Made by a program: the position numbers and the translations under genes
Assembly: GCA_964016885.1 (NCBI GenBank)
Contig: OZ024743.1
Location: forward strand, 184,760,001 to 184,824,000
Length of the DNA stretch: 64,000 nt
DNA from: Eledone cirrhosa
Taxonomy: Eukaryota
Direction: 5' to 3'
The notes under the pieces: generated by a model
The model's input: only the letters and a program-made list of their open reading frames with translations
The model's database searches: none
What the model was told of the DNA's origin: nothing
In this document: positions 38,809-57,240 of the stretch, piece after piece
Position numbering within the stretch: position 1 is the stretch's first letter
Layout of the letters: each line of letters opens with the position of its first letter

Positions 38809-40543
38809 GGCCGATCTGGGCTGTATCGGCGATGTTACTCCCCATTACACCTTATCGGACATAACGTTTGGCGCCCCTGATGTCTTAGCGGCAATAAAGG
38901 AAATCAAGCATAATTCAGCAGTAGGTCCCGATAGGTTCCCTGCTTGTGTCTTGAAGGCGTGTCAACACCAACTTGCATCTCCTCTTGCCAATCTGTGGCG
39001 GAACTCACTGGATGCTGGATATGTGCCAGAAAACCTTCTATCCCAGTCTGTTGTCCCAGTTTTCAAAAAGGGAAACAAATCCCTTGCCGTGAATTACCGT
39101 CCAATCTCACTCACCTCTCATATCATTAAGGTATTTGAGAGAGTGGTGAGATCGCGAATGACCCACTTCCTTGAGAGTAACAATATGCTGAACTCCAACC
39201 AGCATGGATTCCGTAATGGAAGGGATTGCCTGACGCAGCTACTGCATCACTTTGATGACATTTTGAGAGCCTTGGGAGAGGGTTCCAACACTGATGTTAT
39301 CTACCTTGATTTCAGCAAGGCCTTTGACAGGGCTGATCATAACATTCTACTGAGAAAGCTGTCCAATATTGGTGTCACTGGAAAGCTGCTGCAGTGGATC
39401 AAGAGCTTCCTGTCAAACAGAACCCAACTTGTTGTAGTTGAAGGAGTCAAATCCAGCCCAGCCAAAGTCAGTAGTGGGGTCCCACAAGGCACTGTGTTGG
39501 GCCCACTTCTCTTCATCATCTATATTAATGACATCACTGACATCATCAAACACAGCAACATTAAAATTTTCGCTGATGATTCCAAGCTCCAAAAGGTCAT
39601 CAATGGCATGGATGACCGGATAAGCCTTCAGTCAGACCTACTGGCTGTTACCCAATGGGCGGAAAAGAACAACATGTTATTGAACGAAGACAAATTCGAA
39701 CTGATCCACTTTGGAAAAGAGGATGCTCTGAAACTCCCGTACTCCCTTCCCTCCGGGGAAACTCTCGTGGCATCTAACAACATCAGAGACTTGGGAGTAA
39801 CCGTGGACAGCAACATAAGCTGGACAACGCATATAAGCAGCAAAGTTGACATGGCCCGCAGAATGTGTTCCTGGATCCTCAGAACCTTCCAGTCGAGAGA
39901 TTCCCACACCATTATCCTTCTCTTCTCTACTTTTGCCCGACCACACCTTGAATACTGTTGTCCACTGTGGTCTCCCCACACGAAACAAAGTATCATGAAA
40001 CTTGAAGCTCCTCAAAGGGCAATCACGAAAAAGATAGATGGCATGTCAGACCTTGACTACTGGGGTCGATTAGAAAACCTGAAACTTTACTCACTCAAAC
40101 GTCGCCGTGAGCGTTATATTATCTGCATGATGTGGAAAATGTTCCATCATCACTGCCCAAATGATGTTGGCATCGCCTTCAAGATACACCCAAGGCTTGA
40201 GCCCCGTGCTATCCGTCCCATTCAAAAATCTAAATCGCAACTCATAACAACAATACGGCACAATTATTTCACCTCAATCGGCCCTGCTCTCTTCAACATC
40301 ACACTAGGACACGTCAAAACAGAAACTGACCACACAAAATTCAAGAAGTCTTTGGACAAATTCCTCCAAGTAATCCCGGACAAACCACCCACACCCGGAT
40401 ATGTCTCCGCAAACAGTAATTCTCTTCTCGAATGGGCCATGGTGCCCAAATCCTGAATTGAAAGACTTCGCCAGGTGGTGCTATTAAGTTAGACATGGCC
40501 TGGGCCAATACTGGCCAAAACATTTCAAAGTTATTCAAAGTTA
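38809..40543 (+). mobile_element. CR1-like LINE, 5'-truncated, uninterrupted RT/C-terminal ORF
   Basis: Open frame to the stop at 40456: NYRPISLTS, QHGFR, YLDFSKAFD, SGVPQGTVLGPLLF, FADD, RPHLEYCCPLWSP. The 3' end is (TTCAAAGTTA)2; both flanks are TA-rich microsatellite. Confidence 0.93.
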
Positions 40544-42811
<2,268 letters not shown>

Positions 42812-43157
42812 TCATCATCATCATCATCATTCCATTTTACGTCCGCTTTTCCCTGCTTGCAAGGGTGGGACGGGAACTGATGCTGGCTTGATTTCTACAG
42901 CTGGATGCCCTTCCTAACACCAACCTCATTTACAGTGAGTGCTGGGTGCTTTTTTGCCGTGGCACCTCCACGACCACTTTTCAGTGGAATGATATGGACC
43001 TCAGTCCCTATCATCTCATTTCTACAGCTGAGTAAACTGGAGCAATGTGAAATAAAGTGTCTTGCTCAAGGAAACAACACATCACCCACTCTGAGAATTG
43101 AACTCACAACCTTTTGATTGCAAGGCCAATGCTCTAACCACTAAGCCATGTGCCTCC
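42812..43157 (-). mobile_element. tRNA-headed SINE (family B) with RTE-derived 3' tail
   Basis: Head ggaggcacatggcttagtggttagagc...gagttcaattc (A/B boxes); the tail matches the RTE 3'UTR; ends in (GAT)n. Confidence 0.88.
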
Positions 43158-45883
<2,726 letters not shown>

Positions 45884-46304
45884 CTGGGATGAGGTGATAA
45901 AAGCCGACCTTACCCAATTACACCTCTCAAAGGCAATGACACACGACCGTGACTTCTGGCGTCACGCAGTAATACAGAGTACCCGACCTCCCATCGGTAC
46001 AAGCTGAAGCATATAGACAATATGCCCCCACACATCCCACTGCAAGGTGGTCGTGGAGGTGCCACAGCAAAAAAGCACCCAGCCCACACTGTAAAGTGGA
46101 CGTGTAGGCGCCACGAAAAAGCACCCAGCACTCACTGTAAATGAGGTTGGTGTTAGGAAGGGCATCCAGCTGTAGAAATCAAGCCAAATCAGTTCCTGTA
46201 TGAGCAAGGCATGGTCAGCCGACCAGACACTGCCCACAACAACTCATCTAACCCATGCTAGCGTGGAAGAACGGACGTAAAACGGTGATGATCATGATGA
46301 TGAT
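45884..46304 (+). mobile_element. RTE LINE (subfamily 2) short 3' fragment
   Basis: [26 protein letters not shown] plus 3'UTR and (GAT)n; reverse complement of the 33.3-kb and 49.6-kb ends. Confidence 0.9.
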
Positions 46305-46476
46305 ACATAGCATACACATACATATATATATACATAGAATATACATACATATATACATATATATTGTATATACATATATATATATACATTGTATATACAT
46401 ATATATATATATACACATAGTATATACATATATATATATATACACATAGTATATACATATATATATATTGTATATA

Positions 46477-49214
46477 CAGACCCCACAGCCAGTAATAAAT
46501 TAAAAAGCATATTACGTGATGCTTTTGATAGTAAGGAAGAGCAATTAGAGTCGTACAATATAGAGGAACAGTGGGAATTCCTGAAAGCTAACCTGCTGAA
46601 GGTGACAGATGAAACCTGTGGCTGGAGCAGAGTAACGTGGTGGTGGAACAGTACGGTGGAGGGATTAATCAAGGCCAAAAAGCAGGCTTTGACAGTATGG
46701 CGGGATGGGGGGAAGTAGAGAAGACTATCAAGTGGCCAGGAGGGAAGCTAGGAGATAAGTGTACTTCGCAAGAAGGGAAGCAGAGGAAAGAAAGTTCAAG
46801 CATGTTCTACAACGCGAGGACCAAAAACTTGAGGTGTTCAGGATTGCTAGGCAATGTGTCAAGGAAAACAGTGATATTGTCGAGGAGAAGTGTGTCCTTA
46901 ATAATGATGGTGTACTTGCCATCACTGACGCTGATAAGAAGGTAGCTTGGAAGTGTCACTATGAAAGGCTACTAAATGAGGAGAATAATTGGGAGAAAGA
47001 CAGTCTCCCCCACATCGACCCAATAGAGGGACTAGCAGTGCAAGTTGAAGGTAGTATAATAAGTAAGGCGATCAAAGACATGAAGACGGGCAAGGCGGCC
47101 GGGCCTTTGGAAATAGTTGCTGAAATGCTGAAAGCATCTGGAAAGGTGGGACACACTATAGTCACTCGGATAGTAAACCAAGTCATACAGAATGGCGTCC
47201 TTCCGAAGGACTGGCGCAGCAGCATCTGCTACAAGGGTAAAGGTGATGCCCTAGATAGGGGAAACTATAGAGGCATTAACTTAATTGACCAGGTCATGAA
47301 GGTCACAGAAAAAGTAATAGTGCAACTAATCAGAGAGCAAATTGATATAGACGTAATGCAGTTCGGCTTTGTGTCAGGTAAAAGTACAACAGACGCTCTC
47401 TTCATTGTACGACAGCTACAGGAGCAGTACCTAGTTAAAAGTAAACCCCTATACTTAGCCTTTGTTGACTTGGAGAAAGCCTTTGACAGAGTACCCTGCA
47501 CGATTATTTGGTGGGCCCTTAGAAAACTAGGTGTTGATGAATGGCTTGTGCGAGATATACAAGCCATGTATAAAGAAACAGTCAGCAAGGTTAGAATTAA
47601 CAACGAATATAGTGAAGAGTTTAGCGTAAAAGTTGGTGTTCGTCAGGGCTCTGTTCTTATCCCCCTACTATTTATTATTGCCCTTCAGGCTATAACAGAG
47701 GAGTTCAAGACCGGCTGCCCATGGGAACTCCTATATGCAGATGATCTAACGCTCCTAGCTGAATCAATGGCGGAACTAGAGAAGAAATTCCAAACATCGA
47801 AGCATGGCCTGGAATCAAAAGGCCTTAAAGTTAACTTGTCTAAGACTAAAGTTCTAGTTTGTAGGAAGGAAAATAGGGCACCGGTCCCATCTGGGAAATG
47901 GCCATGCTCAGTGTGTAGGAAAGGAGTAGGCAGAAACTCCATTTTATGTCCCAAATGCGAAGTATGGGTGCATAAAAGATGTAGTGGGATCACAGGTAAG
48001 CTAACTAAGAATATAGATTTTATATGTGGCCGGTGCTCTGGTGCAATAAGTAGCGGCAAGTGCCCACAGAATACTAGCTCATTCCATTGCACAGATGGTT
48101 CTATAGAAATAGTGGACAGCTTCCGTTACCTGGGTGACAAAATCAGCAGTGGGGGAGGGTGCTCTGAAAGTACAGAAGCTCGAGTCAGAACGGGATGGAG
48201 AAAGTTCAGAGAGCTTATACCACTACTGGCCGCTAAAGGGTTCTCTCTAAAAAAGAAAGGCAGGCTGTATGATGCCTGCATACGAACAGCAATGTTACAT
48301 GGCAGTGAGACCTGGGCATTGTGTGCAGAGGATATACGCAGACTGGAGAGAAACGAAGCTTGCATGCTCCGCTGGATGTGTAATAGTAATATATGTGAAT
48401 GGCAAAGCATAAACGAACTAAGGGAGAAATTAGGAATAAGAGGGAACAGATGTTGTTTACTCGAGAGAAGACTACGTTGGTATGGTCACGCATGAAAGAC
48501 TACGTTGGTATGGGCGCATGAAAGACGACAGCTGTATAAAAAAGTGCAGGGCGATAAAAATAGACGGTAGCCACGGAGTAGGCAGACCCAGAAAAACCTG
48601 GGACGACTTGATAAATTCCAACCTCACACACACCTCTCCAAGACAATGTCACTGGACCGAGATCTTTGGCGCTACACAGTTATACAGAAGACCCACCTTG
48701 CCTAAGTACAAAGTGAAACCTACAGTCAGTAGGCACCTCTAACAAAATACACCCCCGTCCCACTACCCCCACCCCATCCACACCACCCCCTTAAATGTGA
48801 AGTAATGTTGGTACCACAACATCCAGTCCAAACAAATGAGGTCGTGTAGGTGTCACGACAAAAAAACACAGTCCACGCTGTAATGTGGCCGTGTAGGTAA
48901 CACGGTAAAAACCTCCCAGTCCACACTGTAAACGTGGTTGGTGTTGGGAAGGGCACCCAGCCGTAGAAAACCCGCCAGACGTGTAGGTGTCATGACAATA
49001 AAACACAGTCCACGCTGTACTGTGGCCGTGTAGGTAACACGGTAAAAACCTCCCAGTCCACACTGTAAACGTGGTTGGTGTTAGGAAGGGCATCCAGCCA
49101 TAGAAAACCCGCCAGACAATCCTGAGCAAGACAACCAATCTTGCCTCAAGTGAAACAATTCCTGTCCAGACCCATGCTAGCGTGGAAAATGGACGTTAAA
49201 CGATGATGATGATA
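46477..49214 (+). mobile_element. RTE LINE (subfamily 1), 5'-truncated; 578-aa RT+PHD ORF
   Basis: ORF 46759-48495: NYRGINL, QFGF, FVDLEKAFDRVP, GVRQGSVL, LLYADD, PHD finger, HGSETW. There is a local duplication near 48470-48525, a duplicated ~135-bp block in the 3'UTR, and a (GAT)n tail. Confidence 0.95.
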
Positions 49215-49237
49215 TATATACACATAGTATATACATA

Positions 49238-49581
49238 CATCATCATTCATCATTTCATTTTACGTCCGCTTTTTCCCTGCTAGCAAGGGTGGGACGGGAA
49301 CTGATTCTGGCTTGATTTCTACAGCTGGATGCCCTTCCTAACACCAACCTCATTTACAGTGAGTGTTGGGTGCTTTTTTGCCGTGGCACCTCCACGTCCA
49401 ATTTGCAGTGGAATGATAGGGACCCCAGTCCCTATCATCTCATTTCTACAGCTGAGTAAACTGGAGCAATGTGAAATAAAGTGTCTTGCTCAAGGAAACA
49501 ACACATCACCCAGTCTGAGAATTGAACTCACAACCTTTCGATTGCAAGGCCAATGCTCTAACCACTAAGCCATGTGCCTCC
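49238..49581 (-). mobile_element. tRNA-headed SINE (family B)
   Basis: Near-identical to 42812-43157. Confidence 0.88.
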
Positions 49582-49590
49582 ATCACACAC

Positions 49591-51504
49591 ATCATCATCA
49601 CCGTTTTACGTCTGTTCTTCCACGCTAGCATGGGTTAGACGGGTTGTCCTGTTGTGGGCAGTGTCTGGTCGGCTGACCATGCCTTGCTCATACAGGAACT
49701 GATTTGGCTTGATTTCTACAGCTGGATGCCCTTCCTAACACCAACCTCATTTACAGTGAGTGCTGGGTGCTTTTTCGTGGCGCCTACACGTCCACTTTAC
49801 AGTGTGGGCTGGGTGCTTTTTTGCCGTGGTACCTCCACGACCACCTTGCGGTGGGATGTGTGGGGGCATATTGTCTATATGCTTCAGCTTGTACCCATGG
49901 GAGGTCGGGTACTCTGTATTACTGCTCGACGCCAGAAGTCACGGTCGTGTGTCATTGCCTTTGAGAGGTGTAATTGGGTAAGGTCGGCTTTTATCACCTC
50001 ATCCCAGGTCATCTTGGGTCTCCCCACTCCACGGTTTCCATCAACTTCTAGTGCTCTGCACTTTTTATGCAGCTGTCATCCTTCATACGCATCACATGTC
50101 CATACCAGCGCAACCGCCTCTCCTGCACACAGCATTTGATTCCTCTTATGCTCAGTCTCTCTCTCAATTCATTTATGCTTTGTCGTTCACGTATATTACT
50201 GTTACACATCCATCGGAGCATGCAGGCTTCGTTTCTCTCTAATCTACGTAAGTCTTCCACCTTCAGCGCCCAGGTCTCACTACCATGCAACATTGCTGTT
50301 CGGATACACGCATCATACAGTCTGCCTTTCATTCTGAGGGAGAAGCCTTTTGCAGCTAGCAGTGGTAGTAGTTCCCTAAACTTCTTCCATCCCGTTCTTA
50401 CCCTAGTTATTGTACTTTCTGAACACCCACCTCCGCTGCTAATTCGGTCACCTAGGTAGCAGAAGCTGTCTACTGTTTCTACAGAGCCCTCCCAGAGATT
50501 GGTGGTACTTGTTTCCTGTGGCTGTTTGCTGCTTGCTGTCTCAGCACAGCTGCTGCATGTGAAGCCTACATTCTTTATTAAGCTTCCTGAGATCCCGCTA
50601 CATCTCTTGTGTACCCATTGTTTGCATTTGAGGCAGAGAATGGAGTTCCTACCTACACCTTTCCTACATACTGAGCAAGGCCATTTCCCTGAGGGGATCT
50701 GGGTTCTGTTTTCTCGTCTACTTACAAGGACCTTAGTCTTTGTCATGTTGACTTTGAAACCCTTTCTTTCTAGTCCCTGCTTCCAAGTTTGGAATTTATT
50801 CTCTAGTTCTATCATAGATTCAGCTATGAGTGCGAGGTCATCAGCATACAGGAGTTCCCATGGGCATCCGGTCTTAAACTCCTCCGTTATTGCCTGCAGG
50901 ACTATGATGAACAGGAGGGGGCTATGAACAGGAGGGGGCTAAGAACAGAGCCCTGGTGGACCCCAACCCGTACGCTAAATTCCTCGCTATACTCATTGCT
51001 AATCCTAACTTTGCTGACTGCTCCCCTATACATGGCTTGTACCGCTTTCACAAGCCATTCATCTACTCCTAGTTTTCTAAGAGCCCACCAGATTACAGCA
51101 CGTGGAACTCTGTCAAAGGCTTTCTCAAGGTCGACAAATGCCAAGTAGAGTGACTTACTTTTAGCTAGGTACTTTTCCTGTAATTGCCTCACAAGGAAGA
51201 GGGCATCAGTGGTGCCTCTTCCTGGTACAAACCCAAATTGCATCTCGTCTATTTTCACCCGGTCCCTAATCAACTGTGCTATAACTCTTTCTGTTACTTT
51301 CATGACCTGGTCCATCAACTTTATACCTCTATAGTTTCCTCTATCTAGTGCATCGCCTTTACCTTTGTAGCAGTTGACAATGATGCTACTGCACCAATCT
51401 TTTGGTATGGCACCTTCTAGTATTACCTGGTTAACAATACGTGTGGTTATAGTGTGACCTACAGACCCAGATGCCTTCAGCATCTCGGCAGCTATACCCG
51501 ATGG
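49591..51504 (-). mobile_element. RTE LINE (subfamily 2), 5'-truncated, frameshifted
   Basis: ORFs 50902-51555 and 50048-50815 (RT, PHD). A 17-bp tandem duplication atgaacaggagggggct at 50907-50940 shifts the frame. Confidence 0.94.
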
Positions 51505-51572
51505 ACACACACACACACACACATGTATATATATATTGTATATACATATAGTCATCTCGGGAATTTTACCCG

Positions 51573-51607
<35 letters not shown>

Positions 51608-54600
51608 TAAAAGTCTTGCTAGATCAGTCACCTAACTATAAATCGGTATCATGTGGCCTTCTTCACTGCTAGAACAATTTATTATATCACATTAGTTTGC
51701 AGGGCTGAATTCAAGTTCCCTGTAAGCTAAGAGAAAACAAACAAACAGAAAATCACTCCAGTGTGGTTTGTTTACACCAGTGATCTCCACCCTTTTTTCA
51801 CGATAGAGAGCCCAAATATTACAGAGGGACTTACAAACAGCGCTTAAACATGATAATAGAAGAATATATATTTATGTACATACATATTCATACACACACA
51901 TATATATATATGTGTCTATATAGAGAGAGATACATATATGTTTACGTCCATACATACATACATATACACACATATATATATATATATGTATGTCTATATA
52001 TAGAGAGAGATACATATATGTTTACGTACATACATACATACATACATACATCCATCCATACATCTTTTTATTTCATGAAAGAATAAGATATTAAGTAGAA
52101 GCTTTAGAATGTCAGTGACAGGCAGATAGTAGCAGCAATGGAAAGATCAATGAAAACAATTTCCTTTGTCCAATCTGACACTCAGCTTTTTTCCTTTTTA
52201 GAATGTCATAAAGATATGTCAAACTTTACTGACAAACCCTGTAGAAACATTTTTTCCCCACAAACTCTGAAAATATTTTAGTGAACCCTTTGGCTTTGTA
52301 GGAATCCAGTTTGGAAACCACTGGGGCACATAATCAACAGGAATTGTCTTTGATTTGTTGGTTCACTTTAAAGAAGTAAAAGTTTCACAAACCTTTGTGA
52401 CATTTGAACTCAGGGTCATGAAATGTTAAACAACCTTGAAATATTCAGTCTGGCCCTCTTAACCCTAGTTCAAATATTCTTTTAATATTAATTCTTTTAA
52501 TACTAAACCACTTGAAACCATTCCTAGTTCTACAACACAAACCAATTTATTTTAAATCCTTTGTATTTATCTAAATATCTTCCATCATAATTTTACATAA
52601 GAACTTTTAAGCTATGTTCAAACACCAAATTATGAGAGAGAGAGAGAGAGAGGGAGAGGGAGAGGGAGAGAGAGAGAGAGATTTCTTTGTTCCCTATGTT
52701 ACTGCAGTTGTGAAACCTAGTCAATCCTGATAGAGCAGACTTAAGCTGTTACTGCAGTCCTTTCAATAGCAGGAAGAGTATTGCAATAGTGATGCAAATA
52801 ACAATAGAAATTGCAGCGAAATAGTAGTAGTAGAAGTAACAAAACAACTACAAAGAGACTAACAACAATATCAAGAAATAACATTTTGGATAACCTTGAG
52901 ATTTCCATTAACTGTTTAGCTTTGCACGAATTACCAATTATATTCATTGAAATAAATTCTAATAATAATTAATGTTCACGTGATTTCATTCAATTGATTT
53001 TCTAGAGTAATAAATGGAAAGAGAGAAATGTTTTTAAATTAGTAACTTGAAGAATAGTAGATGTCAGTTATTTCAATGTTTGAGTTTTGCTTGACTTTTC
53101 TTAGTAAATAGTAACCATATTGAATGGATGCATGCATGAGCCCTTAACTCTCGATTGTGCTGAATGGGTACTGTAGTTTAAATTTGGTGGAGCCCATACC
53201 TAATCAAGTTTGAACACAACCAATTTCTTTGAGTGAAAGAGAGAGAAAGTGACAGATATGGAGGAAGAATCAACTCCATTACTGAATTAGTATTTTATTT
53301 ATCAACCGCAAAAGGAAGACTAAGTTGACCTCAATGAGATTTAGAATCAGTGCACAGAACTGGATGAATACTGTGAAGCATTATCTCCAAGGACTCCACC
53401 AATTCACTTCCTAATAACCATACTATATAATTTAAAATGATAACAAACCACCTGAAATCACTGTTGTTGATTCTATGACACAAAGCTATGTGTTTTAAAG
53501 TGTTTATATTTATCTAAAAACTTTCCATCAAAATTCTATATAAGAAGTTTCATTGAGTTATTCTCCAAACACCAGCCTAACCTTTTTGATCTAATCACCT
53601 GAAACTGCTCTGGGTTCTATGATAAAAAATTGCCTCTTTTAAAATGCTTATATCTATCTAAAAGCCTTCTATCAATTTTATATAAGAACCTTTGAGTTAG
53701 GCTTAATAATGAGAAAGTTGGTTATTTTACTAAATCCCTCTAAATTCTTGACTATTTTCAAAATCATTTGAAAATTACAGGCAAGCATCTTTTGTAAGAA
53801 ATATGCTAACAAAAATGTTAAAAAATATTTTATAAATAACATGTCTTTTGCTGAGAGGGGTTATACACATATTACATAATGGCAGAGGAAGTGCATCAAA
53901 AGTATGACAAATTTCACTAATTTTCGTTGTCATTACATTTCATTGATAAATAGGTTTTCCTTTTTTTTTTAAATTTTGTTTGGTCTATACTTGTTATGTA
54001 TTTTTTTCTCTTTATTAATGCAAAACCTACACACCATCACATTTCATATTCTTTTGAAAAAGTCTTAACCCTTGAATATCGTGAAATACAAGTACAGCAT
54101 TGATTTTCCAGCACCTTTGGTTCCAGGCCTGTGCTAAATAATTCATTTTGTTCGATTAACAGAGGTTACATTATAACAATTCAACATAAATTCTTAGGAG
54201 GCTGTTGCCTCTTTATTAATAACTTTTCCAATACCAAACTATGACAACATACCTATATTTATTTCTTAAAAATATACAGGCACAAATGTTTTGACACTTG
54301 CAATGTGTTTGGGAGCCATAACTTGAGATGAAGCAGCTGCTGATATCTAGATATTTAGATGATTGCAAATGACATATATTGCCACCTGTAACTACCCAGT
54401 AAACTACTTTAGTGGGTTGCAGGAAATTCAAATGCCTGCTCATAATTATGTCTAGATTAAAAGAAGTACCGAATCATCAGTAACTAGAAAATCTGTACTG
54501 TATCTGTATAAGGTAAAAGTGTAAACTGTTTTGTCTTACTGTACTCCTGTTTTCACTCTTGCATTATACTGGCATTCAAGCAATTTTAACTACATATTTC

Positions 54601-55039
54601 ACAATATTTCATACAAAGTGAAGGCATGTGGCCCAGTGCTTAGGGTGTTGGACTGAGGATCTTTAGTCATAGGTTTCATTCCTGGATCAGGCTGCCAGTT
54701 GTGTTCTTGAGAAAATACTTTCTTTTCTTGCTCCTCTTTCTCTTTCTGTCAGGAGTGTCTAACAGCAGATAGTATCAGCAATAGAGAAAGCAATGGAAAT
54801 ATTGTTTCCTTGGTCTGATCTGACAATTAGCTCTTTTCCTTTTTTTTTTTTTAAATATAAACTATACTTATCTTTTCTCAGTAACTATATGTCAGTTATG
54901 CATTTTTTTTTTTGGTATGAGAATACAAATGACAGAGGATGGATTGAGAATCACTATAGGTTAATGCCTATAGGAAAAGCATGGAGAAGAGGGGCATTGA
55001 GGGATTTCCATAATACCTATTTACAGCTAGAGAGATCTC

Positions 55040-55170
55040 ATTATTTCTTTGCCTTTCATCCTTACGGAGTCGATAAAATAAAGCACCATTAATGTACTGG
55101 GGTCGATTTAATCGACTTTCCCCTCCCCACAAATTACTGGCCTTGTGCCTATACTAGAAATCATTATTTA
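55040..55170 (+). mobile_element. SINE family A, 3' half
   Basis: ctttgcctttcatccttacggagtcgataaaataaagcacca...ggccttgtgcct. Confidence 0.65.
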
Positions 55171-56203
55171 GAGTTTAGTATTTTGGCTGTGGACACAGCA
55201 CTGTGCCAGAATCAGTACACAAACTGCCAACCCCTTGGCTGATAGCCTAACACTCAATCAACTTAGCAAGCTATGGCTAATTGAAGAGTTAAAATATAAA
55301 CAACTATACTAACAGAAATAATGGTTGTTGATTTTGGCACAAGGCTAGCTAATTTTTAGGGGAGAGGAAAGCTGATTACATCAAACTAAGTACTCTACTG
55401 GCACTTTATTTTACCAACTTCAGAGCTTTGAAAGATAATAATGACATCCGTAGTATTTAAACTCAGAATGTAAAGAGTTGTCTGATGCTGTAACAATTCT
55501 GCTAGGTAACAAATTCTTAAGGATATTCAATATTAATCTGTGGGAAAATGGATATTAAATTTTTTATTCAAGAGAATATTCATTTCCCACCTGCATATCA
55601 CAAGTGCTTGTAGTTATTAAGGCATGTATCATAATTAATGTCATTGTTGCTATTCTTAACTCTTCTGACACCTATCATTTCAAAACACATACCTATGGAT
55701 GATGATCCTTGACAGAAAAAATGCCAAGATTTCCAAATGGAAGGAAAGATAAAGAAAGACCTGGACAAAGGGAGTAAAAGCTGATCTCAAAATACTGAAA
55801 ATAACAAAGGAGAAGACAAAGTAAAAAAAACAAATGGAGAGATGCTTTACGAGAGAAGACTCAGCTATCCCATGGAAGAATGGAAGTAAAAACAATGATA
55901 ATGATATATAGCAACTGCAGAGTAGATAAGCATTGTTTTGATTAACAGCAAATCTTCTGGGGAAATGCATGAACTTCATAACTTATGAATTAACAGAACT
56001 GATTATCCATTGAATACCCAATATAAAAAGCCAAAGAAACATTCATTTATTCCACTGGTGCATGGAATAGATATATAAACATATGAAACAAAATATAGCA
56101 TAATTCATATAATCAACAAAGAAAATAAAAAGATAATTTATGAATATAAACAGAGAACCTTTGTGTTCTTTGCAGTAGTGATTTGTGTGGTGTGTGGTGT
56201 GTG

Positions 56204-56236
<33 letters not shown>

Positions 56237-56240
<4 letters not shown>

Positions 56241-56320
56241 GTTTCTACTTTAGGCACAAGGCCGGCAATTACCCAGTGCATTACTGGTACTTTATTTTAT
56301 CGACCCCGTAAGGATGAAAG
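56237..56320 (-). mobile_element. SINE family A 3' fragment within (TA)n
   Basis: Near-identical to 10003-10090. Confidence 0.7.
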
Positions 56321-56629
56321 GATTATATATATATATAATATAATATAAATAATTGTCACTAGTTATGCCATAGAATAGAATAACAATACAAATCAATGAT
56401 CGCCCGAAACAATTTTGCACTCAACAATGCAGTAGTTTATGTAAAAGTAATTATTTTATGCAGAATTATTGACTGAATAGATACTTCTTCAATTTATATA
56501 AACTGATTTCTCTTAATAATATAACTCACTGACAATTTCTTCCGATACCAAACTGCACATGGTTCTATGATACAAAACTGTTTGTTTTAAAATGTATATA
56601 CATTATCATAGCTTGGCTTCATGAACAAA

Positions 56630-57240
56630 GATTATGAAGGGGGTGGTCCATGTTTACTGCAGGTATTGAGACGCCAGGCATCATGGTTCTCAGCTAGGGT
56701 AGACCACCAGCAATGGTCAATGTGACAGGCAAGGGATTTTTTCAAACACTCCTTGTACTGCTTCCTTGGTGTACCGTCATGGTGGCCAGTGTAGAGTTTG
56801 CCATACGTCATCCAGGGCAATTGATGATCCTTTATCCAGGAGATGTGTCCTGCCCTGCATAGTTGGGACTTCAGCAGCATGGGCTTGATGCTGGTGACCT
56901 CTGCTCATTCAAGGACTTCAGCATTATTGACAAAGTCTCTCCAGTAGAATTGAGAATGGTGTGGCGGCAGCACTCGTGGAAGCACTCAAGGAGTCAAAGG
57001 TGGTTGTGAGTGGCCCACAACTCTGAGCCATATAGGAAGTTGGTAAGGGCAATGGCTCCATTGTCATTGCAGTTACCAACGCTTTGTCTCCCAAGCATTC
57101 CCTCCCATGTTACAGAATCTCGACCCACTCTGGCATGGAAATTGCCAAGGATTATGACCTTGTCGTCCACAGGGGTGCCCTGTAAGAGAGAGCAGATCAG
57201 GGTAAAACTTGTTCTTTTCTCAGGATCTGCTTGAAGAGTG
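56630..57240 (-). mobile_element. Degenerate RTE (BovB-like) LINE fragment
   Basis: LLKSQLCRAGHI..IKDHQLP...YGKL..G...GTPRKQYKECLKKSL..CHID...WSTLAENHDAWR. Confidence 0.7.

Noticed and set aside
43085-43157. tRNA-like sequence (also at 49510-49581 and 63728-63800)
   Set aside because: SINE head: A/B boxes are present but the acceptor and anticodon stems do not pair properly, and it continues into the SINE body.
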